A stretch of 64,000 nt of DNA, from NCBI GenBank assembly GCA_002633005.1, contig NMRA01000078.1, forward strand, positions 629,868 through 693,867, read 5' to 3'. Shown here piece by piece: positions 24,300 to 35,989 of this stretch. The notes beneath the pieces are model-generated. The model had not been told where the DNA came from and searched no databases. It saw only the letters and a program-made list of their open reading frames with translations. The translations under genes were made by a program, and so were the position numbers. Source of the DNA: Phoronis australis (Eukaryota > Animalia > Phoronida). Each line of letters begins with the position of its first letter. Position 1 is the stretch's first letter.

Positions 24300-24697
24300 T
24301 ACCGCATACCACAAGGACATGGATATTATGCACTATGCACACACGGTTTTTACAAAATCATGATTGCATGACACTAGAACGAAGGAAATCCTGTAACAAA
24401 ATTAACCATCACGTAAATTCGTCACCACAGTTCCAGTCTGGTATCTCCAGCTTCAGGCACCTCTTTTTTTCAACATATATCTCATCGATAGGCAACATCC
24501 AACCTGCAAACGCGTTAGCAAAGTCAATGACGATGACAAAAGAGCAGTTTTAAAATGCAAAATAGCAACATTGGTCGCATCACTTCTCCATTACCTCAGA
24601 GTTGAAATTTAACCCGTGTCGCCAAATCACGTCAAAAAATCTCATTTGCAACACCAGACATGCTTGTCATGACCAATGCAAAATGAGTGACAGCTAC
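24300..24697 (-). pseudogene. Inverted orphan fragment of the podocalyxin-like gene: end of last intron, last exon (24431-24503) and start of 3' UTR
   Basis: The reverse complement reads tttgcag|GT TGG ATG TTG CCT ATC GAT GAG (WMLPIDE) ... GAT ACC AGA CTG GAA, with a 1-nt deletion in the A-run and TAA>GAA; it aligns with B ~53910-54300. Confidence 0.8.
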
Positions 24698-27600
24698 ACT
24701 GTAGAAGTCTCGCATAATCTCGCCTTTTCTCCTGCTTTTTATATTTGCGGTCATATCGCACATGCTCAAGACTACACACCGTCACGTGGCAGTGAGTAAG
24801 ACTTTTCAGGAGTCAATTAAACAGTTGATCAACATTTGATGAACGCACTTTGCGCGGCAGTATAATGATTGTTACCCAAGAGAATCGCAAAAGTTCACAT
24901 CCAATGAGCACAAGTATTTTTTATCACTAGTTGGACTGTTTATGACTAATCCGGTACAGTGAGACTTGATTATCTGAGTCTACTATTGTATAGCGAGTTC
25001 GGATGATCCCTGAATTTGGCTTTCGGACCATTGTTTGTTGACTCATCTTGTGGCAAAATCTTGGCATCGGACTTGAACCACGAGCTCATGTGCGCGTCAG
25101 TGGTAAGTTTACGGTCACTCAGACTGTAGTCTGAGGCCGACAGCAGCAGTCTTCAAACCCGGTAAATCGCATCTTTTCCGAGAGCCTGTCGGTACAGGTA
25201 AATTGACACAGGAAATGGTCGCTAACTACGATTCCACGTATGTCGAAGACAGCATTTGTCGTACTGCATGGGGATGAGGGTACGTAGTGATCTTTTGTCG
25301 GGTTTAGTTTTGATCCTTAGATTTTCGCAATTGATAAGGACCATAACGGACGGACAGTGCAGACAGCTAGAAACAATTCATGGGAAAATAAAACACAGAC
25401 GAATTATGACAGCGTCAGGAATTAGTCAATCTTAGACAGAGTTTTTAAGAGATGATAAATTAGGCTTCATCATTTTTAGTTTCCCCGAACATATAGACTC
25501 CGTCTCATATGGCGCAGGTAAACCAGGCAAACTATTTTATAATATTTGAGTGGCATCAAAAGAAATTTAAATACCTTGACTTTGACAAAATTGTTGATCT
25601 AATTGTATCAAATCGAAATTGGTCGCAACCACTTAAACATGAAGGCCGGAGCCTATACATATACAATGATAACTTAGGGAGACGGGTATAGCTCTTATGA
25701 AAAAAAAAACATCAACGTTTGGTCTTCTGTCAAAAATATATCTCTGTCCACCTTCAAAATATGCAATATGCATACGGTGGACTTGAAGTTCTCATTACCG
25801 GCCACTAATCCATTACTGTCGTCTGCGTCTGTAGTCTTGAGACTCTCACCAAGTTCGCACGTCTGTTGAGATATTTTGGTCATCATCATACCACGGTCAT
25901 CATTTGGCCGTCATCACGTGATCATCTGGTTTAATGAGAAAAAGAATAACACATGACACCCAAGAGTGCATCACAGGTGCAAATCTATGAAGATAACACT
26001 TTTCGTAGGGATTTTTGGACAAATTAGAACTTTTAAACTTATCAATAAGTCCAAAACAGTACAAGAAGAATACCATGACTTCCCAGAATGAGTACCGGTA
26101 TATCATTTGCAACAATTTTTATAATTGGGAAGAGTTATGGAATATGTACCGGTTATTCATATTGTCCCAACCCCCGGTTCTCGTTAAATGATGTATTTAT
26201 GCGCTAGACATTAGCGACTTGCAAGTGAGTTTCATCATCAATGCCACTAGCCAAATGTTCTCACGTGATGCTGCGTACGAAGAACCAGCATGCACATGGG
26301 TCACAAGATGTATCGTTACGCATATAACCGCAGCTCATATCAACATTACAATTCTTGCAGCTAAATATTTTTGGATATGTCGGCAGATGATGCATTTAAA
26401 AATTAAATACTTAAAAAATTTCCATAGCTTTGAAATATCGCGGGGTTGATAATAAATGTGCACGTTAGCGCCTATTCGTACGTTTTGTCAGCATCAACGA
26501 CCAAGTAAAAGTCTGTATTGGAGTATTTCTTTCTATACAGATTTGTAGTTAGAAAAGGTTACTTTTTGTGTAATTTCAAACTCACGAAGAGAGTTCTCTT
26601 ATAGCGTATTTTATTGGAAAACGTGTCCTACCTTGAGATATTTTGTCACAAAAACAATTTGACCACATCCCGTATAATCCTTCATGGGAGTAACCCCCGG
26701 GTTTAAACATTGCCCAAGTTAGTACGGTGTCACTTGTTTGTTAGTGATAACTCAGAATACTTTAAGTTGTCTCTACTTTGTCGTCGTGCGCCTTTCCTGA
26801 ACTTCTGTCGTGTTTCGAGGTCCATTAAAATCAACTACGCATCCAATCATCATGTGCAGTCACAAAGAACAACTGCAGTGTCAGAACATTTTGTCAGAAA
26901 GCTCTGGGTATGTGTGCCTCATACAGAGCACGCGCCAGTGTTAGCTTACGGAGCGCGTGAGCAAAGGGTGAGGAATACGGCACACCCGGAAGTCTGATGT
27001 TTTACATCGGGGCAGTTATCTATTTGTTTTGTATATGACTATGCAAATCTTGAACGGGCGTGGAAGTATAGTATTTGGCCAACAGGTAGAGCGGCGACCA
27101 GACTTAAAAATGTTTGAGATCTATTTGCTTTGTATTGACACCTGACGTGACTTGTAAATGAATGCATTTCAGGCGAATTTTTTTGGTCCCAAATTGTTTC
27201 TTACCCAAATGTGCAATGTTGTCTGTGTTTACAAAGAACTTGTTGATCATTATTTTTACTCGAGACCGGCTTGCTCTGCACATAAAATGGCAAGTATGCC
27301 TCGGTGATAAGCCAATTTGAAGTGTCTGGTTTCAGAAGTACATGTATACTATCAAAATGTTAGTTCTTGCGATGCCAGATCATTACCTCCAATTTGACTA
27401 AGGAACAGTTTGATACCAATTTCCTAACCGTAAGGGGTCTAAATCAAAAAGTGACGGAAGACGGGTTTACTTCCCCTTAAATAACGGTATCACTGCAACA
27501 CGAATTCCATATTCTACGCAGATATCGCTGCTGTCAGTGACCACGGAAGTGTAAGTTCTTTTCAAAAGAAGCGTCAGTCCTCCAAATCTACGTTTCAGTG

Positions 27601-28795
27601 CTATGTCGGTGAAACTTCCGAAAAAGCCCCTTTTTGTCACTTATAAGGCCCGGTATATTCATATGGGTACCAGAAAGATACCGAAGGCAGGATCTATGGG
27701 GCTTACAAACGGAAGTTCAGGTACACGTAATTGGAAGCGTGATTGAAAAGTTGGACCTATTTGTTCAAGTTGTTCACACACAGGCGCATGTGTCACGGGA
27801 TTGTTAGTAATAGCCTGGGCCTACAGGCGAGGTTATTTGTATTTTTGTCCACTCATAGCACTTCCCAATCAACACCTACATGTACTGTCAACCAAAAAGC
27901 CAGCCTTCACGCACTGAGTGTATTTCTTTCTATGACCTGGGATTAATATCATATGGGTCCTAGGAGTGGCTAAGTATGTGAAGATTTCGGGTTGTTCTAT
28001 CCAAACCCCATACGGAGTAATAAAACAATTATCTCCTCCGCCATAACCATAGACTCTTTGTTACGCAGTGTTTAATTACACAGGCCAACTGAGACAGTTG
28101 TGTGACTAAGAGGAATCACGATGATAAACAACTCTTGGCAGAATTCTAAGCCACTATGCAACCTATTTAACTCATCCAAGTCCAAAATACAAGTGTTCCG
28201 TATACATTAGCATGACATACTCGAACATGCGGCAGTTGGTGAGCATACGTTTATGGCTACATACGTTTCAGGTTTTGTCTTCTGTGTAAAAGACACGAAA
28301 ATGAATTTCTTTCGCTTATCCATCCTAATGCTATGTACATGTGGCTCCCCAGAAAATTTTTCAAACTCTCCGAAGCAATCCTTGATGCACTGTTATCCAA
28401 GTGATGTTAGGAAGTGCTATTCAAGATTTCCACTGCTTGCATGAGGGGCTGTGAAAGAAGAAGACTTTTTTGATTTTCATGAAAAACTTAAGTAGCATAA
28501 AACACAAACGAAATGATATTTCAAAAAACTGTAACAGCCGACACCTCACTCTCAACATTTGAATCAAATAAAATTTGACCCGTGTTAATGATTCCGTTGT
28601 TTTTCGATCAATGTACCTGTCTTTCTTTTGCAAACATTTATTTAAAAAAACTGGTCACGTGACCCAATTAATAACAGATTTAAAAAATTCAAAAGTAAAA
28701 TTTTAAAGACTTTACTTTCAGAAAATATTAACTTTTAACGAGTTAAAAGCTAAAATTTTGTAGATATTTGGACAAATATGCATACCTGTGATTAA

Positions 28796-30037
28796 AGCTC
28801 TTGCATCAACCTAAAACGTTCCTGCAATGGATTTTTGCAGTTTTGAGGTTTTAGACCGTGTATAATAATTTTATAACATAAAAAATCTAACTGTGGAAAC
28901 ACTTATGTCGGAAAATAACTGGGGAACTTCGAATTTTAAGGAAGAACTGATGATTTATTTTGGTTTCCCGCTACGTGATGTCATCAACGGAAGACGTTGA
29001 TCAGTTGACAGCATATACATGTATGCAATGGAGGATAAAGTTACGAAGACTTAGAGACTGAGCTTGACGAATATTATGAAGACAGGTATGGCGATTGGAG
29101 TAAAGACGTGTTTGAGGCCGTACTAAATCGACCCTCTCAAGAGTCAAACCCCTGCTCAGTCTGCGAATAGTCCTGATATCAGAGCTAACATCTATTGAAC
29201 CACTCTATAACTTTCCAGCAACTTTAGTGTCGAGTAATACGTATATGTCATGAACTGTAAATCTATAACCGAACTGTAAATTTATATCGGAAGATTTTTC
29301 ACTCACTGTCAAAGCGCAGTCGCGAATAGGTGGCATATTGATTTCATTTCTTCGAATGCCGAGTGTTTTTGTCGAGAACGATCACATCTAATTGTTGTGA
29401 TGCTAACTAGATTTTATTTCTGGTAAATGATACTGGTTTCTGTTTTGTCTGTTCCAAAATTATTGTGCTGTGTTGACGGCTCGATTGAAATTAGTGATCA
29501 CTTAATATGTTCCTGACGACCACGTTCCCACCAATGGTACAACACAATACACTGTTTTTGATGTACGTTTGAGAGGTCTTCATCAAATCTCCGTGTCTGC
29601 GACGAGTCGATGCACTAATCTTTAAAATGGCTTGCCGAGAGCCCACAGTGGCCTCTGATTGATCCGCTGCTCCACCGTGTAGGGCCTACTGCCAAACCCG
29701 TGTCCAACGTACGAACCTGTGCTATTTCTGGATGATCTTAGGGTGTTTTGGAAACACAAAAACTGTCCGGTTGCTGTTTCTGGATCCTACCCACGCGCAC
29801 CTTTACTTATTTCAGGCATTGTTTAAATCTTCTCGAGACCGCTCCGCCTCACGACTGCTTTAAAACAACACAATGGCGGAGATTGGACTTCCACTGATGA
29901 CATTACAGAAATATTTAATTTTTAATTTATTTTTTGCATTTACTACAAGTACGTAAATTGAAGAAAAAATACTTAAAAGATCATGCCAAAATTATTGGTA
30001 ACCGAATTTAAGCACTTATGATCTTGGTGTGAAGGAT
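28796..30037. mobile_element. Internally deleted Kolobok-like DNA transposon with a decayed THAP domain on the - strand (~29615-29805)
   Basis: TTAA at both ends (28792-95, 30038-41) with weak TIRs; minus-strand translation RCAWVGSRNSNRTVFVFPKHPKIIQK*HRFVRWTRVW...LSASHFKD resembles the THAP pattern C-x4-C..FP..W..LCxxHF with lesions. Confidence 0.55.
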
Positions 30038-30384
30038 TTAATTTTTGGCTATGCGGGAAATCTTTTCTGATTCGCGATTGTTGTTTTGCAGCACACTCTC
30101 TGTTGCCAAGTATTTCATTTTTAGCACTTGTCAATATTGACTCAAATGGCGCACCTAAAATTGACAGTAGCTTGCACCATGACGCTATCGATGCAAAACA
30201 AGCTGAATATAGTTAACTGACGTCATTGTCACGCTTCACTTTCACGAAATCAAATCATACAACAGAATTTCGGGACTCTATTTTCCGTTGATTGGAGTTG
30301 CATTGCCAAATCGTTGGTAGCTTCGTGGAGGAACAAAGCCGTTTTGGATTCTCCCGCCGGCAGTGCAGAGTCAACGTGTTGAGG

Positions 30385-30433
30385 ATGGGACCTGAAAAGG
30401 TGCTGATTGTAGTAGGTTTTCTATACATCCCAG
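30385..30433 (+). CDS. Paralog B exon 1, signal peptide (MGPEKVLIVVGFLYIP)
   Basis: ATG in aggATGg context, hydrophobic core, strong donor CAG|gtaagc, phase 1. Confidence 0.7.
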
Positions 30434-32642
30434 GTAAGCCAAACCTTTTTGTATTAAAATGACGTTACCACTTTATGAACTAAAAAAGGCATTTTAGGAT
30501 TGTTGTCGGATGGGGTGGACTTCTTGAAGTTAATTGGCATTCAAATGTGTTATAAAACAAAAAAATCCCATTGATTTTGTAATTCTCGCCTCGGTCTGTC
30601 AGATACTCGCTGAAATCCAGGTGGCGACTTTACCCATTAATTACTTCTAAAATGTCCTGACATTTAAGAACGGGGTTGTGCTCCGTTGTTAGTTCTCTAA
30701 TACAAATTGTCGACAGTTGAGTTTTGTTTGTTACCGGGGTCTTATCTCACAACTCCGTGAACTATCTCCCAATTTTCTCTAACCGACGGGTAATGATATA
30801 GGCGACCCGATTTTGCTTGATCACTAAATTTCCTGTACGTACATTGCAATGGATGTGGGATTGTACCAAGTCTAGTCTGTTATGAGAAAACGAATGTTGG
30901 AGAGAAATTCTAGGTTTTGCATAATCGTCAAGGTTTATTGACACAAAACTTTCGACTACACGTCCATTGATTACCGGCATGCAGAAGTGATTAACTACAC
31001 GACACTTTTCGATATTAACAGTCAGTTTCTTCACCAATGTTCACCTGAATGTAGAACTTTGTTCCGAAGATACGAACGGAACGGAGAAAAGACTGTTAAT
31101 AACGAAAAGTGTCGTTTTTAATCAACTCTGCATATCGGAAAACTTTCTCCCGAAGTACAACCATTTCGTTGTTTACTGAACAAATTTAAGATTCCATTTT
31201 TGCGTTAAGCCTTTGTATGACAAACCAACTGACAAGTACAAGACCGCTTGCCTAATCCGTTTTCAGTGCCAGAGTTTTTAAAACTGAAACCAAGTACATA
31301 ATTATATTGATGGCTACCAAGGGTCACTGAACGTATTTGGACTATCGCAGAAATTCAGTATGGGTATCTTCTGAGTCAACATGTACCTATCACAGTTAAT
31401 AATGACAACAAATAAAGTAAAATAATAGTTGCCACTAAAAAGTTCAATGTGGCTTTTTCGGTGGCAAACATAGTAATTCGTATCATTATGCATATTATTT
31501 ACAAAGCTTTGTCAGTCCTGGTGCGGTATATTTTCAATCTCTATGCTGCTTCAAATTTTTTCAAAACGCTGACGTCTGTACAGATATGGCTGTTTAGTAA
31601 TTATACAAATGCTCAAAAAGGTTTTCTGTTTCGCGACAGTCATTTGTATGTCAATATGGTCCTATGATGGCCCTATGGGTTGGCCACCGTCTCTACCAGG
31701 GCCAAAGATATACATGAAAAGAGCATAAATTGATGCTTCGTCGAATTCAGATTTCATCCGAACAAGCATAACTTCAAACAAACTTTGCAAAAGTCAATGA
31801 ATCATCGATGCGCCGGCCGATCTAAATTAGTCTTCAAAAGAACATAAAATGTTTACAAAATACGCCTGTCTAAGGTTTCGAAAGTCATTGCCATGTAATT
31901 ACATCAGCACTACACATCTGTTACATTCTTGTTCGCCTCTGTAACTGAGAGAAACTAAAAGATAAGATCAGTCCGCTGCAAATACACGAGAAGGTGGCAA
32001 CGAGAACGATCCAAGCTTCTAGCCCCCGATTTTGTAAATTTGTCCCTGTCGTTTGCACTTATATAGCAATATTTGATTGTGCTGTGTGATGCCAAATGCA
32101 ATGACTCGAATAAATGAATAGTTCGCTCAAAAAAGGAAAATTTTATTCAGATATATTTTCCTGGTCCTGTAAGAGGTTTCAAACGAAAGCTTCAAACACG
32201 GAATCAAATGCTATTTCAAAGGCAATAAAGACAAGGGATCCAGTAAGTATAGTTTATTCCGGGTTAACATTTTGTATTATGTTCAATCCTCCGCACTTTG
32301 GTTTGTCTTTGCTTATGGGACAGGACCGTTACTTCTTTCCCAACCGTACATGTCAATCATATCATCTGCCGTCATTTTAACAGAGCATACCAATAAGTTC
32401 CCGAATATCACTCTACTCGCGTGATTTTTTGCGTGGTCTTGATTTTTCGTGAGACTCCTGCGTCTACGGAACGCACCCTCCTTTCCCTATCTGGCGACTT
32501 TAAATGCTGTTTTGTGACAGTAGTCATTTGCGTGATGTTCAATTTTTACATATTGCAATTTACACTCTGCATTGTGGTGCGTAGCTTTCACGTGTGACAA
32601 CTTTCATTTTGCGTCATATGTTTACAATTCTTGTTTGTGCAG

Positions 32643-32789
32643 GATGCAGCCAGCCAGGCTCGGCTTTACCACTATGCCATCCGGACTATTGTGAAGATTT
32701 TCCCGATCCAATCTTGTCCATTGTACGTGGAGATATTACACCTAGGCAACTATGTTATTTATCACAAAGTGACCAATGCCCGACAATAG
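32643..32789 (+). CDS. Paralog B Cys-rich exon (CSQPGSALPLCHPDYCEDFPDPILSIVRGDITPRQLCYLSQSDQCPTI)
   Basis: gtgcag| and |gtattc, 147 nt, phase 1-1; Cys spacing identical to A. Confidence 0.8.
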   Translation, partial: DAASQARLYHYAIRTIVKIFPIQSCPLYVEILHLGNYVIYHKVTNARQ

Positions 32790-33677
32790 GTATTCGTTGT
32801 TCAGTTGTGGTTTGTCAACATCGAAAATGCATTACTTGATGAGCTCTTATCACGTGACAGCAATTTGATTGTGCTTGATTTGGTGTTTGTTATTATTTGT
32901 CATCTTGGTAAAGATTGTTCGATTTAAGGCACTGTTCTGTTGAGTTTACTCTCTTAGAATTGTGAAAACATCACTTTGTAATTTGTTTAAAATAAGATTT
33001 TGGGTTCAGCATCCAGTTGGGCATCATGGTTCTCTTATTGTATTTTCGGATGATTTGCGCGACCAAATTATTTCCAAAAAAAAAACATTTTGAAGCGAAC
33101 TTTGGCTAAACATGGGTGACGGATACGGGGGCAATACTTCATATTTTTTCAAAAGCGCGTATTTTGCTAAATTTACCTAGAGTTAAGAAAAATCGAGTAG
33201 AGAAGGTATAAATTTGTAGCAAGGCGAAATTCATGTAAACAATCGAGAATTAAATTCTAAGTTTTCGATCATCTGGGTTTGCTCTCGTCCTCAGAATGTT
33301 GGTTGAGTAGAATTGTGGTCACGAGATTAAATTTCCAGGATTACAAAACTTAAATTGGTCACTTGAAATTCGCCTTCAGTTGGTAATTCATTCATTAATC
33401 GGATGGAAATCAGTGTATCTTTTTGCTGTTGTGTTTATAAAGAATAGTTTTGAGAAATGATACAGTCTTAAAAATATCCTAAAGTATTTGCAGAAATTGG
33501 TTACATATGGTTACGAGGTCTATGCTTCGTACTTTTGTATGAAGTCCAGACATATTATATATTGTTTATGAATACGTCAATCTTAATATGGCGTGGAAAA
33601 TGTGTTGCAGACATGTTGAATCTTGTATATTTTATCAATTTGCCGCTTGAAAACAGTTGAACGTGTCATCCACATCC

Positions 33678-33950
33678 GGGGCCAGTTTCATGAAAAGGAC
33701 TTGAGTTCGAGACACATTTTGATCTGGTACTCCCACTTCAAAATTTCTGAAAAAAGTTTTACCGTGAAGTAATTAGCGTATCACAGTCCAGAAATAACTT
33801 ATATAGAAGTTATCTCAGTAACTAGAAATTGTGTATATACGTTCAATTTTTTGCGAGTTTTGATGAAGCAAGATGAAATGTTTTTCGAAAAGATTTGTAT
33901 GAAGCGTAACAACAACTTCCTGTCTTAAGTCGGTTGTCGTGAAACAGATC
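33678..33950. mobile_element. MITE (imperfect TIRs, Harbinger-like)
   Basis: ggggccagtttcatgaaaaggacttgag ... cttaagtcggttgtcgtgaaacagatcc. Confidence 0.5.
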
Positions 33951-33954
33951 CTTG

Positions 33955-34327
33955 AGCCCAGCTGCACGAAGCAGCCCCAAATAGGGATTCAATTTCGTTC
34001 CCTAAATCTACTGAGTATTTGAGTCTTTCTTTACTCACGGAAATACGGCTTCTCTTTGACTAATGGCATTTTCTAATAATATAATTAAAACTGAGTCCTT
34101 AAATTAGGGGCGTTACAGGAAAAGATACCTATTATTGTTGATAATATTGATAATTCAACATGGAGTTCACTCTCGATTTCAGTATAAAATTAAATATTGA
34201 CTTAGCAGTGAAACAAAAAATAACATAAGAAAGAAAATTTGACGTTGTCACACTTCCACTAATACGCAATAATAGATTTAGGGAACTTAGCTGAATCCTT
34301 ATTTGGGACTTTTTCATGCAGCCAGGC
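33955..34327. mobile_element. Adjacent MITE with ~30-bp imperfect TIRs
   Basis: gcccagctgcacgaagcagccccaaataggga ... tccttatttgggactttttcatgcagccaggc. Confidence 0.55.
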
Positions 34328-34435
34328 ACTGAAGTGGATAAATGTTTAAGCTTAAAACGTTTTGCAAAACCCAGCTCTGCAAATGGTGACTACAGTGACT
34401 TTTTAGTAAGACTCCGTTGTTATGAATTTCTGCAG

Positions 34436-34743
34436 GTGAAAAAGGTACTGAACAGCATGCAACAACACACGTTACGCCTGGCGATACAACCATTCCCAAT
34501 ACGACTGTTGCTGCGGCAACTGTTGTTACAAACAGGGTTGCAACCACCGGGGCAGAATCAACAACTGCAGCTACAACGGTTGCCCAGGCAACTGTTGCTG
34601 CTGCTACAATTGGTCAGACAACTATTGCTGAGACGACTGCTGCTGAGACGACTGTTTCGGAGACGAGTGTTTCTGCGACTACAATTGCTGAGATTATTGT
34701 CAATGAAGTAACATCTACTGTGAAGATTCCAAAAACCGCTCCA
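34436..34743 (+). CDS. Paralog B short mucin exon (~102 aa, Thr/Ala/Val-rich)
   Basis: tctgcag| and CCA|gtatgt, open in the phase-1 frame (EKGTEQHATTHVTPGDTTIPNTTVAA...VTSTVKIPKTAP). Confidence 0.8.
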
Positions 34744-35329
34744 GTATGTCTCTTCTAAGTTATTTGTTTGTCAGGATCATACGTTTTCACACTTCTAGAT
34801 ATAACCGTTTCCTTGTTTCATGATCAAGCGTGCTAATTCTTGTGGACGTTCAATGACTTTTTAGGAAACGCTTTCAAAAGATATTAAAGAAATAAGCACT
34901 TAGTCCCAAATTGCAAGTCGTTAAATACTGAGACTCAAGAAATGAAAAGAATGCGGCATGTACGCACACTAGCAAGATGGCTTCCGCTGACGGTGATCAC
35001 ACGATAACCCTGGAGTGTTTAAGGGCAGCCTAATCACCCGAACTGCTCACAGGGAAACCTGTTGTTAGTGTCTCGTGAGCGCCTGTAGCCTTGCTGGTGG
35101 CATTCGTGACTCTAGACGGTCTATTTCAGACTTGCCTTTCTCATATCACGGTAAAGTTCAGTCGCTGTCCCGGCGGCCAGAAAAATCCCCTCATAAGCCA
35201 AAATCACGTGTTCTCGTTAAAAACACGCGGCAATGTGTCACGTAATCTCAAACGTAGTCTTGCTTTTCTAGACACGTCCTAGCGAGGTCCTCAAGTGAAC
35301 CCTACCCAGTTTATATCATCATATTTCAG

Positions 35330-35402
35330 GCAGTTGATGTCGCTATGGTTACTACTGAGGGTCCAACAACACAGCAAGATGTCAGACTATCTACACAACA
35401 AG
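35330..35402 (+). CDS. Paralog B linker exon (AVDVAMVTTEGPTTQQDVRLSTQQ)
   Basis: tttcag| and AAG|gtacag; phase 0-1 is exactly what is needed to join the two mucin exons in frame. Confidence 0.65.
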
Positions 35403-35989
35403 GTACAGGCTAATATGTGGTGTATGTGATAGCGAATAGGGAGGGGCGATGTGTTTAAACATTAACTACTGTTTTATAGTAATTTTTCGATGTAGCGGCG
35501 ACCTGTTAATATAAACATTTTCGCTAGATGTCGAAAGCGTAGTTTGTGAACATCAATCTGGAGACTTTATGCAACGGGATTTCTCGGCGTTCTTTAGAAT
35601 TTTTTCGCATCTGTATTGCCGCCAAAGTCAATTAACAACTATTGAAAGGTCAGATATAAATGTGACAGGTTATCTCGGATGTGTTTGGTCATATGTCAAT
35701 TACGCTGGTACCATTACTTGAGTCGGGTTGGTGTAGTACGGTAATTCTTCATTGATTTCGCATACAACATGGCTGACAAGTGAATTTATATTTTGCCAAA
35801 ATTTTCTATAAAATACAGATTAAGAAAATTTGAGTTTATTAATAGCATGGGTTTGTACAATGTGGATGCCATAAACAATATTTTGGGGAAGTTTTCGTTA
35901 TTTACATTCAAGTGTTTTTTTTATAATGTTTATTACGAAATCTTCGATACAATGAATATACATAACCCAGAAAGCGCCAAGAGGCATTA

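Noticed and set aside
25060-25130. tRNA-like B box (ggttcaagtcc) on the - strand
   Set aside because: No cloverleaf can be formed; at most a decayed SINE head.
34316-34711. 131-aa Leu/Gln/Arg-rich ORF
   Set aside because: Wrong-frame reading of the short mucin exon.
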